A stretch of 64,000 nt of DNA from Candidatus Methylobacter oryzae (lineage in GTDB: Bacteria > Pseudomonadota > Gammaproteobacteria > Methylococcales > Methylomonadaceae), in NCBI GenBank assembly GCA_945861405.1, contig CAMAUL010000005.1:1629-65628 (forward strand). The letters run 5' to 3'. The stretch's first letter is position 1, and the number at the start of each line of letters is the position of its first letter. Below the pieces are notes generated by a model that saw only the letters and a program-made list of their open reading frames with translations, had not been told where the DNA came from and did not search any database. Below are positions 36,082 through 45,310 of the stretch, piece after piece. The position numbers and the translations under genes are program-made.

Positions 36082-36914
36082 ACAAAGCCAAAGTCAGACA
36101 GTCGTTTGCGGCGGCCTCGGTGACTTATGATAATGTCGCCGCATTGCAGCGCACTGTCGGTAAGGCATTATTGAGTACTATAAATAGCGAAAGCCTGAGC
36201 GGAACTTTGTTGGACTTGGGTTGCGGCACCGGTTTTTTAACCTCGAACTTGTCAGCAAGCCAAGTAGGGTGCGCATCGCGCACCGTGAATTTGGGCGGGT
36301 GTTTGGAAAATGGTACGCAAAGCGTACCCTACATGACTGTTATCGCTCTGGATATTGCGTTGCCGATGGTGCAGGTGACGCGAACAAAATTGGCCGATGC
36401 GCTTAATATCAGCTATCTATGCGCGGATGCCGAACAATTGCCGCTGGCCGGGCAAATTGTTGATGGCGTGTTCTCCAATCTCGCGTTGCAATGGTGCGTC
36501 AATCTTGAAGGCGTTTTTACCGATATCAAGCGGGTATTGAAGCTTGGCGGACGGCTGGTTTTTTCGACATTCGGTTCGCAAACGTTGCAGGAATTAAAAG
36601 CCGCTTGGGCGGAAGTTGACGGCTATAACCACGTTAATGACTTTTATAGCGAACAGCAGCTAAGAGGTTTTCTCTTGCTGGCGGGTTATACAGAAATAAA
36701 AGTTGAAACCAGGGTTTATCTATCAAGCTATGATTCTGTTTTGGCGCTGATGAGGGAGTTAAAGCATATCGGGGCACATAACATGATTGCCGGGCGCAAC
36801 AAAAGCATCACCAGCAAAACGCAGATGCAGCGGATGATTTCGGCTTATGAGCGACATCGAACCGGCGAGTCGATCCCGGCGACCTTCGAGGTTATGATGG
36901 TCACGGCAAGCTAA
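36072..36914 (+). CDS. bioC: malonyl-ACP O-methyltransferase, carrying an in-frame 69-nt repeat insertion
   Basis: SAM motif I LLDLGCGTGFLT and post-I VIALDIA. 23 extra codons between them coincide with a palindromic repeat. Confidence 0.85.
   Translation: MQLDKAKVRQSFAAASVTYDNVAALQRTVGKALLSTINSESLSGTLLDLGCGTGFLTSNLSASQVGCASRTVNLGGCLENGTQSVPYMTVIALDIALPMVQVTRTKLADALNISYLCADAEQLPLAGQIVDGVFSNLALQWCVNLEGVFTDIKRVLKLGGRLVFSTFGSQTLQELKAAWAEVDGYNHVNDFYSEQQLRGFLLLAGYTEIKVETRVYLSSYDSVLALMRELKHIGAHNMIAGRNKSITSKTQMQRMISAYERHRTGESIPATFEVMMVTAS
36264..36332. repeat. GTAGGGTGCGCATCGCGCACC-type palindromic repeat inside bioC
   Basis: GTAGGGTGCGCATCGCGCACC...GGTACGCAAAGCGTACCCTAC, 69 nt. A second copy of the family lies at 63232-63306. 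Confidence 0.85.
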
Positions 36915-37573
36915 TGGAAAAAGGTTACTTCATTACCGGCACCGACACCAATGTCGGCAAAACCTGGGCGACGATTGCGCTGATGCGATACTTTAAAAGC
37001 CGGGGGAAATCGGTTGTAGGCATGAAGCCGGTTGCCTCCGGTTGCGTCATGCAGGACGGACAGCTGAAAAATGAAGATGCGTTGCTGATTCAAGAAAATG
37101 CGTCAGTGTCGATTGATTACGACTTAATCAATCCTTACGCCTACGAACCGCCGGTTTCACCGCATATTGCAGGAGTTAATAATCCGGTTAAGCTCGCTCA
37201 GCTGATAGACAAGTTCGAACTATTGAAAACCCTGGCTGACATCGTCGTCGTTGAAGGCGCAGGAGGCTGGTACACCCCGTTAAATGAGCGGGAAGCTAAC
37301 AGCGATTTGGCAATAGCGCTAGCGTTGCCGGTTATTATGGTCGTCGCGATCAGGTTGGGCTGCATCAATCATGCGCTATTGACTTATCAGGCGATAAAGC
37401 AATCAGGCGTAGACTGTGGGGGCTGGATTGCGGTGTGCACAGACCCGGATTTGTTAAGCAGGGACGAGAATATCAACGCAGTAAAAGCTAATGTGGATGC
37501 GCCCTTGCTGGGCGTGTTGCCTTATAAAGAAGTCGCCGATTTCGGTTTTTTTTCGGAACAGCTGAAGATATAA
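36914..37573 (+). CDS. bioD: dethiobiotin synthase
   Basis: P-loop GTDTNVGKT. Typical length (219 aa). Confidence 0.9.
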   Translation: MEKGYFITGTDTNVGKTWATIALMRYFKSRGKSVVGMKPVASGCVMQDGQLKNEDALLIQENASVSIDYDLINPYAYEPPVSPHIAGVNNPVKLAQLIDKFELLKTLADIVVVEGAGGWYTPLNEREANSDLAIALALPVIMVVAIRLGCINHALLTYQAIKQSGVDCGGWIAVCTDPDLLSRDENINAVKANVDAPLLGVLPYKEVADFGFFSEQLKI

Positions 37574-37698
37574 AATGGCTGATAATATCTTTGCGGGCGG
37601 TTAGTCAGAAATAAAACATGACAAAGTCTTTCAGAAAGCCCTATTATTTTCACTTTCCAGTTTGATTATCCGTTTAACTTACGGCACAAGGTTAATGC

Positions 37699-39555
37699 AT
37701 GTCGATTCGCCCTATTTCATCAGTAAAATTCGTTTTAGTTGCCAGTGCGCTGTTGTCCGGATGTACCACGACCCGGCAAATTGTGGTTGACCATCCATCG
37801 ACCCAAGCCAGTCAGTTTCAACCTTTGCAGGGCTTTCAGGCTATTGATGGCGACGACTATTATGTGCGCTTGATTTCGGAGTTTGATTTTAAAGGCGACA
37901 ATGTTTTAAAAAGCGGCTGTACCAATATGACACCGTCTTACGAAAAAGGCGATTTGTCGGCGGCGCTTATCTATAGCGTGCGTAACGAGGCGCTTAAATT
38001 CAGTCGGGAAGCCACCGGTTTTATGTATCAGGCGACCACAGGCAAGTGCAATTTCACCTTCGATGCTAAAAAACTTTATCTGACCCCGTGGATACGTCTG
38101 GATTCGGGTAAGGAAACGATGGTCGATTATAATTTTTACACCAATGCCAACAGCGATCTGGATGTGTCGAGTCTGGTCGGGGATGTGAATACGGCCAGCA
38201 ACTTGCTTGCATTAACAGGCGTCGGCATGGGGGTTGCGATCATGGGGCAGGTTGCCGGGCAGTGGGTAAAGAACAATCAGCAGCAAGCGGCGGTGACAAC
38301 GCCTGCGCCTCATCAATCGGCCAAGCATAGCTCGGAGTCGCACTCGCTATCGGCGAGTACCAGCTTTTCAGGCAAGACCGGAACGCTGAATCAGACGGTG
38401 TTTAAGGTTTATGATGTGGCGGAGGGCGGTTTTAATCTGTTGGGTTCAGACACCAAGCAGCTCGGCGAACTGAAGATTTACCCGGAAGTTCTGCCCTCTT
38501 TGTTGCTAAAGACGACAGCTGACGGCATACCCGATGCACGCGATTTGTCGTTCGAGGAAATTGGTTATTCGCCGATAAAGTCGGCGTCAGGGGAAATTAA
38601 TCTTCAGCAGCTGATTGAGCAATCGAAACATCCGGCAAAACCGAATTTAAAGCCCGACTGGAATAATTACCAGGAGGTGGAGGGCAATTGTCGCAAACTG
38701 AAGCTGGTGATGAAAGATTTGGGTTTCAATAAGTTTGACCGTAATGCAGTGATTTATTATTTCCTGGCGAAAAACGGCGATTGGAATAACTACAATATCA
38801 GTCGGCAAAAGACCCAGAGCGAAGAAATGCGTCCCAAGGTCATAGAAGGTTACCGCAGCAAGAATTTTGCAAATTGCTTGGCGGCGGACGATTATGCGGT
38901 TATGAAAGCGATGGGCTTGCCGGTCAATACACCATCCGATTGGGATCAGGTGGGGGAGGCCAGCCAGAAAAAAGAGCAGTTGTTTACGCCGCTTAAGTCG
39001 ATAGAGCGGCAGTTGGTTGCGGTGCTGAAAAATCCAAACAAGGCGGAAATGGAGCAGCAGCTGTTCCCATTGCTAAATACCGCAAAAAATGGCGACGGCA
39101 GTGTGCTGCTGCAAAACCATTTGGGCGATTTCGGTTTGGAATTGTTGCTGAACCCTCTCTCAGCGCCAGCCTCGACGGATGCCTCAACGGCTCCGGCTGC
39201 GCCCGTTGCAACTGCGCCTACTCTGGCGGCAATTCCCGGCGAGGGGGTTGTTGTCAGCGCCCATCAACTGGCGCAAGTCTTTTCCGGCCTGGCAATAAAC
39301 GAACTGAGTTGTGCGCGGCCGGTTCCTGACGGCCTAGGCAAAGCTGGGAACAATTCGGGGATTTTATTGTTCACCACTAAAGAGGGCGGGCCGCGTATTA
39401 AGGGCGGCGCGATGGAATTTGAATTTTCCGGCGGCAAGATCACCCGGGTTGCTTTTCAGCTGTCCACCTACCGGGATTTCGAGCAGGATCTGTTGGATCG
39501 GCCGGAAGTCGGCGGCTGCCGTATCGATCCTGCTTTTCTGATAAAGCTGCACTAA
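37699..39555 (+). CDS. hypothetical lipoprotein (618 aa)
   Basis: Lipobox ALLSGC at the N-terminus. Ala/Pro-rich linker PASTDASTAPAAPVATAPTLAA near the C-terminus. No family recognised. Confidence 0.55.
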   Translation: MSIRPISSVKFVLVASALLSGCTTTRQIVVDHPSTQASQFQPLQGFQAIDGDDYYVRLISEFDFKGDNVLKSGCTNMTPSYEKGDLSAALIYSVRNEALKFSREATGFMYQATTGKCNFTFDAKKLYLTPWIRLDSGKETMVDYNFYTNANSDLDVSSLVGDVNTASNLLALTGVGMGVAIMGQVAGQWVKNNQQQAAVTTPAPHQSAKHSSESHSLSASTSFSGKTGTLNQTVFKVYDVAEGGFNLLGSDTKQLGELKIYPEVLPSLLLKTTADGIPDARDLSFEEIGYSPIKSASGEINLQQLIEQSKHPAKPNLKPDWNNYQEVEGNCRKLKLVMKDLGFNKFDRNAVIYYFLAKNGDWNNYNISRQKTQSEEMRPKVIEGYRSKNFANCLAADDYAVMKAMGLPVNTPSDWDQVGEASQKKEQLFTPLKSIERQLVAVLKNPNKAEMEQQLFPLLNTAKNGDGSVLLQNHLGDFGLELLLNPLSAPASTDASTAPAAPVATAPTLAAIPGEGVVVSAHQLAQVFSGLAINELSCARPVPDGLGKAGNNSGILLFTTKEGGPRIKGGAMEFEFSGGKITRVAFQLSTYRDFEQDLLDRPEVGGCRIDPAFLIKLH

Positions 39556-39731
39556 CGGCAGTTTTGTTCTGACACGGCCGTCACGTCATGAATATCAATA
39601 AAAAAGCAGATTTATGGCGGGCAGGAAATAAACTTAGTTTATATAGGAAATTAAAGATAGATTTGCAGATAAATCTAATCCATAATGTTTTTGCGGTAAA
39701 TAATTATTATGAAAATATCAGGAGAAACGTT

Positions 39732-40130
39732 ATGGCTTTAATTACTTGGACTGCTGGTCAGTACGGCACAAATGTTGGCTTTGCAGATGATGAACATAAA
39801 ATATTGTTTGATAAACTGAATAAACTGTACGATTTAGCGACAGGCGGGGCGGCGCGCTCAGCAATAGGTGCGCAATTGGATGATTTGATTGGCTATGTCG
39901 TTGGGCATTTTGCTCATGAAGAAAAAGAAATGCAGGCAAAAGGTTATTCCGGCTATGCTCGCCATAAGGATGAGCATGATGCGTTGGTAGGCATTTGCGC
40001 GGGGTTGCAAACAAAATTTCATGCGGGTCAGGCAGAAGTAGACGAAGGCGTTGGTCAATTGGTTAAGGGGTGGTTGGATAGTCACATTCCTAATTTTGAT
40101 ATGGCTTATGCCGATGCTCTAAACAGCTGA
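39732..40130 (+). CDS. bacteriohemerythrin
   Basis: Start at the Met with RBS AGGAGA. Iron ligand motifs DDEHK, HFAHEEKEM, HKDEH and WLDSHIPNFD. Confidence 0.85.
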   Translation: MALITWTAGQYGTNVGFADDEHKILFDKLNKLYDLATGGAARSAIGAQLDDLIGYVVGHFAHEEKEMQAKGYSGYARHKDEHDALVGICAGLQTKFHAGQAEVDEGVGQLVKGWLDSHIPNFDMAYADALNS

Positions 40131-40154
40131 GTAGGCTTCAACGTTAGAAAACAA

Positions 40155-40192
40155 AAGGCTTGTGAGTTGTATTGATTCACAAGCCTTTTTTT
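40155..40192 (+). terminator. rho-independent terminator
   Basis: AAGGCTTGTGA-N11-TCACAAGCCTT followed by TTTTT. Confidence 0.75.
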
Positions 40193-40373
40193 GTGCCCAA
40201 TAAAATCAGGGAAAGGACTGCTGGTATAGATTGCCCTCATGGGTTAGAATTAAAAAGATTATTTGTGATAATTATTACGTAAAGGGAATAGGGGCGATCT
40301 TGACATGTCCTGACATTACGAACGATATAACGCATACAAGAGTTTATAACTACTATAACGAGGAGGCTGCTCC

Positions 40374-41528
40374 GTGAAGAAAACAAAGCAACTGTTTGCA
40401 GGTCTGATCTTAATGGCTTTAGGCCTAGGGACAGCGCAGGCGGAATACACGCTCAATTTAATGAAAGGGGCTACCAAGGTCAGTCATGATATTTATGACT
40501 TGCACATGTTGATCCTATGGATTTGTGTATTTATAGGCATCGGTGTGTTCGGTACGATGTTCTACTCGATTTACCATCATCGTAAATCAAGAGGGCATAA
40601 AGCGGCGCAGTTTCATGAAAATACCACGGTTGAAATCATTTGGACGATTATCCCGACCTTGATTTTGATCGGCATGGCTATTCCGGCCACAAAAGCCATG
40701 ATGGAATTGGATGACGTTCAAGAATCCGAAATGTCCATCAAAGTAACCGGGCATCAATGGAAGTGGGAATATGAATATCTTGATAATGGCATTCATTTTT
40801 TCAGCAGCCTGGATGAAGCCAGTAACAAGGCGCGTCAGGTAGGTTCTGGCATAGATCCTTTTACGGTTGAAAATTACTTGCTGGAAGTCGATAAGCCGTT
40901 AGTGATACCGACTAAAAAGAAAATCCGTTTCGTGTTTACCGCAAAAGACGTAATCCATTCTTGGTGGGTGCCGGATTTGGGCTGGAAAAAAGACGCTAAT
41001 CCCGGCTTTATCAACGAATCATGGACTTCTGTAGACGTCCCGGGAACTTATCGCGGCCAATGTACCGAGCTTTGCGGTAAGGATCATGGCTTTATGCCGA
41101 TTGTTGTGATCGCGATGAATGAGCCCGAGTACAATGCCTGGGTAGAAAAACAAAAATCGGCTGTAGCGGCTGAAGCGGGTTCTGCAAGCAAGCAGTGGGC
41201 TAAAGAAGAATTGATTGCTAAAGGTAAGTCTGTTTACGAGACCAACTGTTCGTCCTGTCATATGGCAGATGGTGCAGGCTTGGCGGGTACCTTCCCGGCC
41301 ATCAAGGCTAGTAAGGTGGTAACCGGCGATATCAATGCTCAAGTTAAGCTAATGTTGGACGGAAAAGGCATGATGCCTGCCTTCGGGAAAATGTTAAGCC
41401 CGGTTGATTTCGCGGCAGTCGTAACCTTTACCCGTAACGGTTTGGGTAATGCAGTGGGCGATTCGATACAGCCTTCAGCCGTTCAGGCGCTGCAATCGGC
41501 AACGCCGGGTGCAGGTAAAAATGAATAA
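40374..41528 (+). CDS. coxB: cytochrome c oxidase subunit II with C-terminal cytochrome c domain
   Basis: CuA site HSWWVP...CTELCGKDHGFMP. C-terminal heme motif CSSCH. Confidence 0.9.
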   Translation: MKKTKQLFAGLILMALGLGTAQAEYTLNLMKGATKVSHDIYDLHMLILWICVFIGIGVFGTMFYSIYHHRKSRGHKAAQFHENTTVEIIWTIIPTLILIGMAIPATKAMMELDDVQESEMSIKVTGHQWKWEYEYLDNGIHFFSSLDEASNKARQVGSGIDPFTVENYLLEVDKPLVIPTKKKIRFVFTAKDVIHSWWVPDLGWKKDANPGFINESWTSVDVPGTYRGQCTELCGKDHGFMPIVVIAMNEPEYNAWVEKQKSAVAAEAGSASKQWAKEELIAKGKSVYETNCSSCHMADGAGLAGTFPAIKASKVVTGDINAQVKLMLDGKGMMPAFGKMLSPVDFAAVVTFTRNGLGNAVGDSIQPSAVQALQSATPGAGKNE

Positions 41529-41582
41529 GCCATTGCGTTCTTATCGATCTAATCTTTTTTATAGTTTCAAGAGGTATAAAAT

Positions 41583-43190
41583 ATGTCTGCTGTAGTCGCT
41601 GAACACGATGATCATCACGATCATGGTCCTGCTAAGGGGCTCTTAAGATGGGTTATTACCACCAACCATAAAGATATCGGTACCTTATATTTGCTGTTTG
41701 CACTGGCGATGTTTTTTGTCGGCGGCTCGATGGCGATGGTTATTCGTGCCGAGTTATTCGAACCGGGCATGCAGTTTGTCAATCCCCAGTTCTTTAATTC
41801 AATGACCACCATGCATGCGTTGGTTATGGTATTCGGCGCAGTTATGCCGGCATTCGTCGGCTTGGCCAACTGGATGATCCCGATGATGATTGGTTCGCCG
41901 GATATGGCGTTGCCGCGCATGAATAACATGAGTTTCTGGTTGTTGGTTGCCGGTGTTTTATTGCTGGCCAGCACCCTATTTATGGAAGGCGGCGCGCCTG
42001 CCAGCGGTTGGACTTTGTATCCGCCATTGGTATTGCAAACAGGAAAAGCCTTGCCTTTTGCGATTTTCTCGGTGCATTTGCTGGGTATCTCGTCAATCTT
42101 GGGCGGGATTAATATCATTGCCACTATTTTCAATATGCGCGCCCCTGGCATGACTTTAATGAAAATGCCGATGTTTGTTTGGACTTGGTTGATTACTGCT
42201 TTCCTGTTGATCGCTATCATGCCGGTTTTCGCAGGCGCAGTGACCATGCTATTAACCGACAAATTCTTCCACACCAGCTTTTTTGATGCGGCGGGCGGCG
42301 GTGACCCTGTTCTGTATCAACATATATTCTGGTTCTTTGGGCATCCTGAAGTTTATGTAATGATTCTGCCGACTTTCGGCGTGGCTTCTACCATCATTCC
42401 GGTGTTTGCGCGCAAACCGCTGTTTGGCTATAGCTCAATGGTTTATGCGACTGCCGCCATTGCCTTTTTGTCATTTATCGTTTGGGCTCACCACATGTTT
42501 ACCGTGGGCATGCCGATAGCAGGCGAGTTGTACTTCATGTACGCAACCATGTTGATTGCAATCCCTACCGGGGTTAAGATTTTCAACTGGACGGCGACCA
42601 TGTGGAAAGGTTCGATGACGTTTGAAACGCCGATGCTGTTTAGTATTGCTTTCGTGGTCTTATTTACGATGGGCGGCTTTACCGGTTTGATGATGGCCGT
42701 AGCGCCGGCTGATTTCCAGTACCACGATACTTACTTTATTGTTGCGCATTTCCATTACACATTGGTTCCCGCTTCCGTGTTTATATTGATGGCTGCCGGT
42801 TATTTTTGGCTGCCTAAATGGACCGGCCATATGTATGATGAGAGAATCGGCCAATTGCATTTCTGGTTGTCGGTGGTATCGGTCAACATCCTGTTTTTCC
42901 CTCAGCATTTTCTGGGGCTTGCCGGAATGCCGCGCAGAATCCCGGATTATGCCGTGCAATTTGCTGATTGGAATATGATTTCCAGTATCGGCGGATTTAT
43001 ATTCGGTGCCAGCCAACTGTTGTTTTTGTATATTGTTATCAATACCATCAAAGGCGGAACCGGCGAAAAAGTAACGGGCGAAGTATGGGAAGATGCTGCC
43101 AAGCACAGCTTGGAATGGACTTTGCCATCACCGCCGCCGTATCATTCATTTACTACGCCACCTACGGTTATACCGACTGAGCATATGTAG
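41583..43190 (+). CDS. ctaD: cytochrome c oxidase subunit I
   Basis: 535 aa. Canonical heme-copper oxidase motifs (WFFGHPEVY, HHMF). Confidence 0.95.
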   Translation: MSAVVAEHDDHHDHGPAKGLLRWVITTNHKDIGTLYLLFALAMFFVGGSMAMVIRAELFEPGMQFVNPQFFNSMTTMHALVMVFGAVMPAFVGLANWMIPMMIGSPDMALPRMNNMSFWLLVAGVLLLASTLFMEGGAPASGWTLYPPLVLQTGKALPFAIFSVHLLGISSILGGINIIATIFNMRAPGMTLMKMPMFVWTWLITAFLLIAIMPVFAGAVTMLLTDKFFHTSFFDAAGGGDPVLYQHIFWFFGHPEVYVMILPTFGVASTIIPVFARKPLFGYSSMVYATAAIAFLSFIVWAHHMFTVGMPIAGELYFMYATMLIAIPTGVKIFNWTATMWKGSMTFETPMLFSIAFVVLFTMGGFTGLMMAVAPADFQYHDTYFIVAHFHYTLVPASVFILMAAGYFWLPKWTGHMYDERIGQLHFWLSVVSVNILFFPQHFLGLAGMPRRIPDYAVQFADWNMISSIGGFIFGASQLLFLYIVINTIKGGTGEKVTGEVWEDAAKHSLEWTLPSPPPYHSFTTPPTVIPTEHM

Positions 43191-43250
43191 GTTGTTGCAA
43201 GCAGGTTGCTTTTTTAAGCAACCTGTTCAGGTAGCGTATCAGGTGAAATA

Positions 43251-43349
43251 ATGAATACCAAACAGAAAAATATTTTGACGGCAGTGATTTTGATTGCAAT
43301 TGCGACCACTATTTATGTTTTGGCAGTGATAAAAGCAGTTTCTCAATGA
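43251..43349 (+). CDS. 32-aa single-TM micro-protein (cytochrome oxidase small assembly protein-like)
   Basis: Not in the ORF track. RBS AGGTGA. Sequence MNTKQKNILTAVILIAIATTIYVLAVIKAVSQ. Its stop overlaps the ctaG start (ATGA). Confidence 0.6.
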   Translation: MNTKQKNILTAVILIAIATTIYVLAVIKAVSQ

Positions 43350-43888
43350 AGGAAGGCGTTAAGCAAAAAAACGCCAAGTTAGTTCGGATATTGGTGTTTG
43401 TTGTACTGGGAATGTTTGGTTTTGGTTATGCTCTGGTTCCGCTTTACGATGTTTTGTGCGAAGTAACAGGGCTTAATGGAAAGGTTGAATCAGCGGCTGT
43501 TAAGGAAGTCAGCTATGAAGTTGATAAAAACAGGGAGATTACCGTAGAATTTATGACTGCGCTGAATGAGGCTACACCGATGGTGTTCCGTTCAGAAATA
43601 AAAAAAATAAAAGTTCATCCGGGCGAATATTATACGGTGAATTTTTATGCGGAAAATAAGACCGATAAAGTAATGGTTGCGCGGGCAATTCCAAGCATTT
43701 CGCCCGGAGCGGCCGCTGAATATTTTAAAAAAACAGAGTGTTTTTGTTTTTCAGAACAGACATTTAAAGCGCGGGAAGGCAGGACTATGCCGGTGCGTTT
43801 TGTGGTAAATCCTGAAATATCCAAGGAATATAAGACAATTACACTTGCGTATACATTTTTTGATAATACTGAAACATCAGTGAAATGA
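43346..43888 (+). CDS. ctaG: cytochrome c oxidase assembly protein CtaG/Cox11
   Basis: CFCF copper-binding motif and an N-terminal TM anchor. Confidence 0.9.
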   Translation: MKEGVKQKNAKLVRILVFVVLGMFGFGYALVPLYDVLCEVTGLNGKVESAAVKEVSYEVDKNREITVEFMTALNEATPMVFRSEIKKIKVHPGEYYTVNFYAENKTDKVMVARAIPSISPGAAAEYFKKTECFCFSEQTFKAREGRTMPVRFVVNPEISKEYKTITLAYTFFDNTETSVK

Positions 43889-43900
43889 GAGAGGAAGGTC

Positions 43901-44764
43901 ATGTCTACAAGTAACGAGTATTACATTCCGCAGAAAGCTACCTGGCCAGTCGTTGGGACGGCTGGTTTGTTGATGATGCTGGCTGGATTTGCGAATTATT
44001 TAAATGGTTCATCTGGCGGTGCGGCCTGGATGGGGTTGGGATTGACTGTCGTCATTATTATGATGGCCGGATGGTTTACGCTTCAGGCTACTGAAAGTGA
44101 GTCAGGCATGTACAGTACGCAGGTAGGTATTTCCTATCGCATGGGCATGATGTGGTTCATCTTTTCAGAGATCATATTTTTTGGGGTGTTCTTTGGCGCA
44201 CTTTGGTATACGCGTAATTTGTCGGTGCCATGGCTGGGCGGGGAAGGCACTAGGGCAGTAACTAAAGAGCTGTTGTGGCCTTCTTTTGAAGCAGTCTGGC
44301 CGACCAATGGCCCCGGTAAAGTCGGCGGCGATTTTGAGGCTATGGGAACCTGGGGCCTGCCTTTTTTAAACACCTTAATTTTATTAACCAGCGGCGTAGC
44401 CTGTACTTGGGCGCATCACGGGTTGCTCACTAAAAACCGCGATCAGTTAATCAAAGGCTTGATGGCTACCGTGGGTTTGGGCTTCTTGTTCGTGACTTTT
44501 CAGGCCATCGAATATCATGAAGCTTATACCGAAATGGGCTTAACTCTGGGGTCAGGCATTTACGGCTCTACCTTTTTCATGTTGACCGGCTTTCACGGAT
44601 TCCATGTCTGCGTGGGCGCGATTATCCTGAGTGTAGTGCTGTTTCGCAGTTGGAAAGGCCACTTCAAGCCGGAAAATCATTTCGCTTTTGAAGCGGCCGC
44701 TTGGTATTGGCATTTTGTTGACGTGGTATGGTTAGGACTATTTGTATTCGTTTATGTAATTTAA
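43901..44764 (+). CDS. coxC: cytochrome c oxidase subunit III
   Basis: 287 aa, seven TM segments. Motifs FFMLTGFHGFHV and WYWHFVDVVW. Confidence 0.9.
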   Translation: MSTSNEYYIPQKATWPVVGTAGLLMMLAGFANYLNGSSGGAAWMGLGLTVVIIMMAGWFTLQATESESGMYSTQVGISYRMGMMWFIFSEIIFFGVFFGALWYTRNLSVPWLGGEGTRAVTKELLWPSFEAVWPTNGPGKVGGDFEAMGTWGLPFLNTLILLTSGVACTWAHHGLLTKNRDQLIKGLMATVGLGFLFVTFQAIEYHEAYTEMGLTLGSGIYGSTFFMLTGFHGFHVCVGAIILSVVLFRSWKGHFKPENHFAFEAAAWYWHFVDVVWLGLFVFVYVI

Positions 44765-44781
44765 TCGAAACAGCCGTACCG

Positions 44782-44817
44782 AAAAAAGCGCTGTCTCACA
44801 GACAGCGCTTTTTTTTT
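44782..44817 (+). terminator. rho-independent terminator
   Basis: AAAAAAGCGCTGTC-TCACA-GACAGCGCTTTTTTTTT. Confidence 0.8.
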
Positions 44818-44848
44818 GTCGGAACGGTTGGAATTTAGCATTTGAAAA

Positions 44849-44958
44849 AATAGAACACGGATGACACGGATAGGGCGGATAATCACTGATTAAAAAACTT
44901 GGTCTTAGGTTTAAAAATCCGTTTTAATCAGTTCTATCCGTGTCATCTGTGTTCCATT
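44849..44958. repeat. REP family A copy
   Basis: AATAGAACACGGATGACACGGATAGG ... TATCCGTGTCATCTGTGTTCCATT. Confidence 0.85.
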
Positions 44959-44969
44959 ATTAATAGTTT

Positions 44970-45218
44970 TTATTTGACTGGAGCAGTTGCTGTTTGATGC
45001 ATTCGGGCACCTAGTCCGTGAGGTGTGAATAGGCCGGTTGCTAAGGCGATAAAAATGAATATGAATAACACAATCGACAGCGTGATGCGAAAAGTCAGCG
45101 CCTTGACTGTTTTTTCGGATTGCTCCTGAGTCTTGTGTTTAACCAGATGAAATAGCGCAGAACCCAGGCTGATAATTATCAGGATAAAGGCGATAATAAC
45201 GATGCTTTTTATAATCAT
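44970..45218 (-). CDS. twin-TM small protein (DUF2909-like)
   Basis: 82 aa with two hydrophobic helices. This position between coxC and surf1 is typical for the family. Confidence 0.65.
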   Translation of the reverse strand: MIIKSIVIIAFILIIISLGSALFHLVKHKTQEQSEKTVKALTFRITLSIVLFIFIFIALATGLFTPHGLGARMHQTATAPVK

Positions 45219-45310
45219 GAATGTAGTTATGGTGATGGCTAAGGTTTTGGTATTCTCGGTTATTTAAGTGCCTGTGCCAATAGGGTAAAGAAAAAAGCAG
45301 ATGCGAGTCA

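Noticed and set aside
41621-42274. 217-aa minus-strand ORF inside ctaD. Similar long antisense ORFs lie at 42660-43106, 47689-48177, 47969-48412, 55315-55941, 56741-57397, 61528-62016 and 62393-62796.
   Set aside because: Each lies entirely antisense to a strongly supported conserved gene, has no RBS or family resemblance, and has skewed low-complexity composition typical of shadow ORFs.
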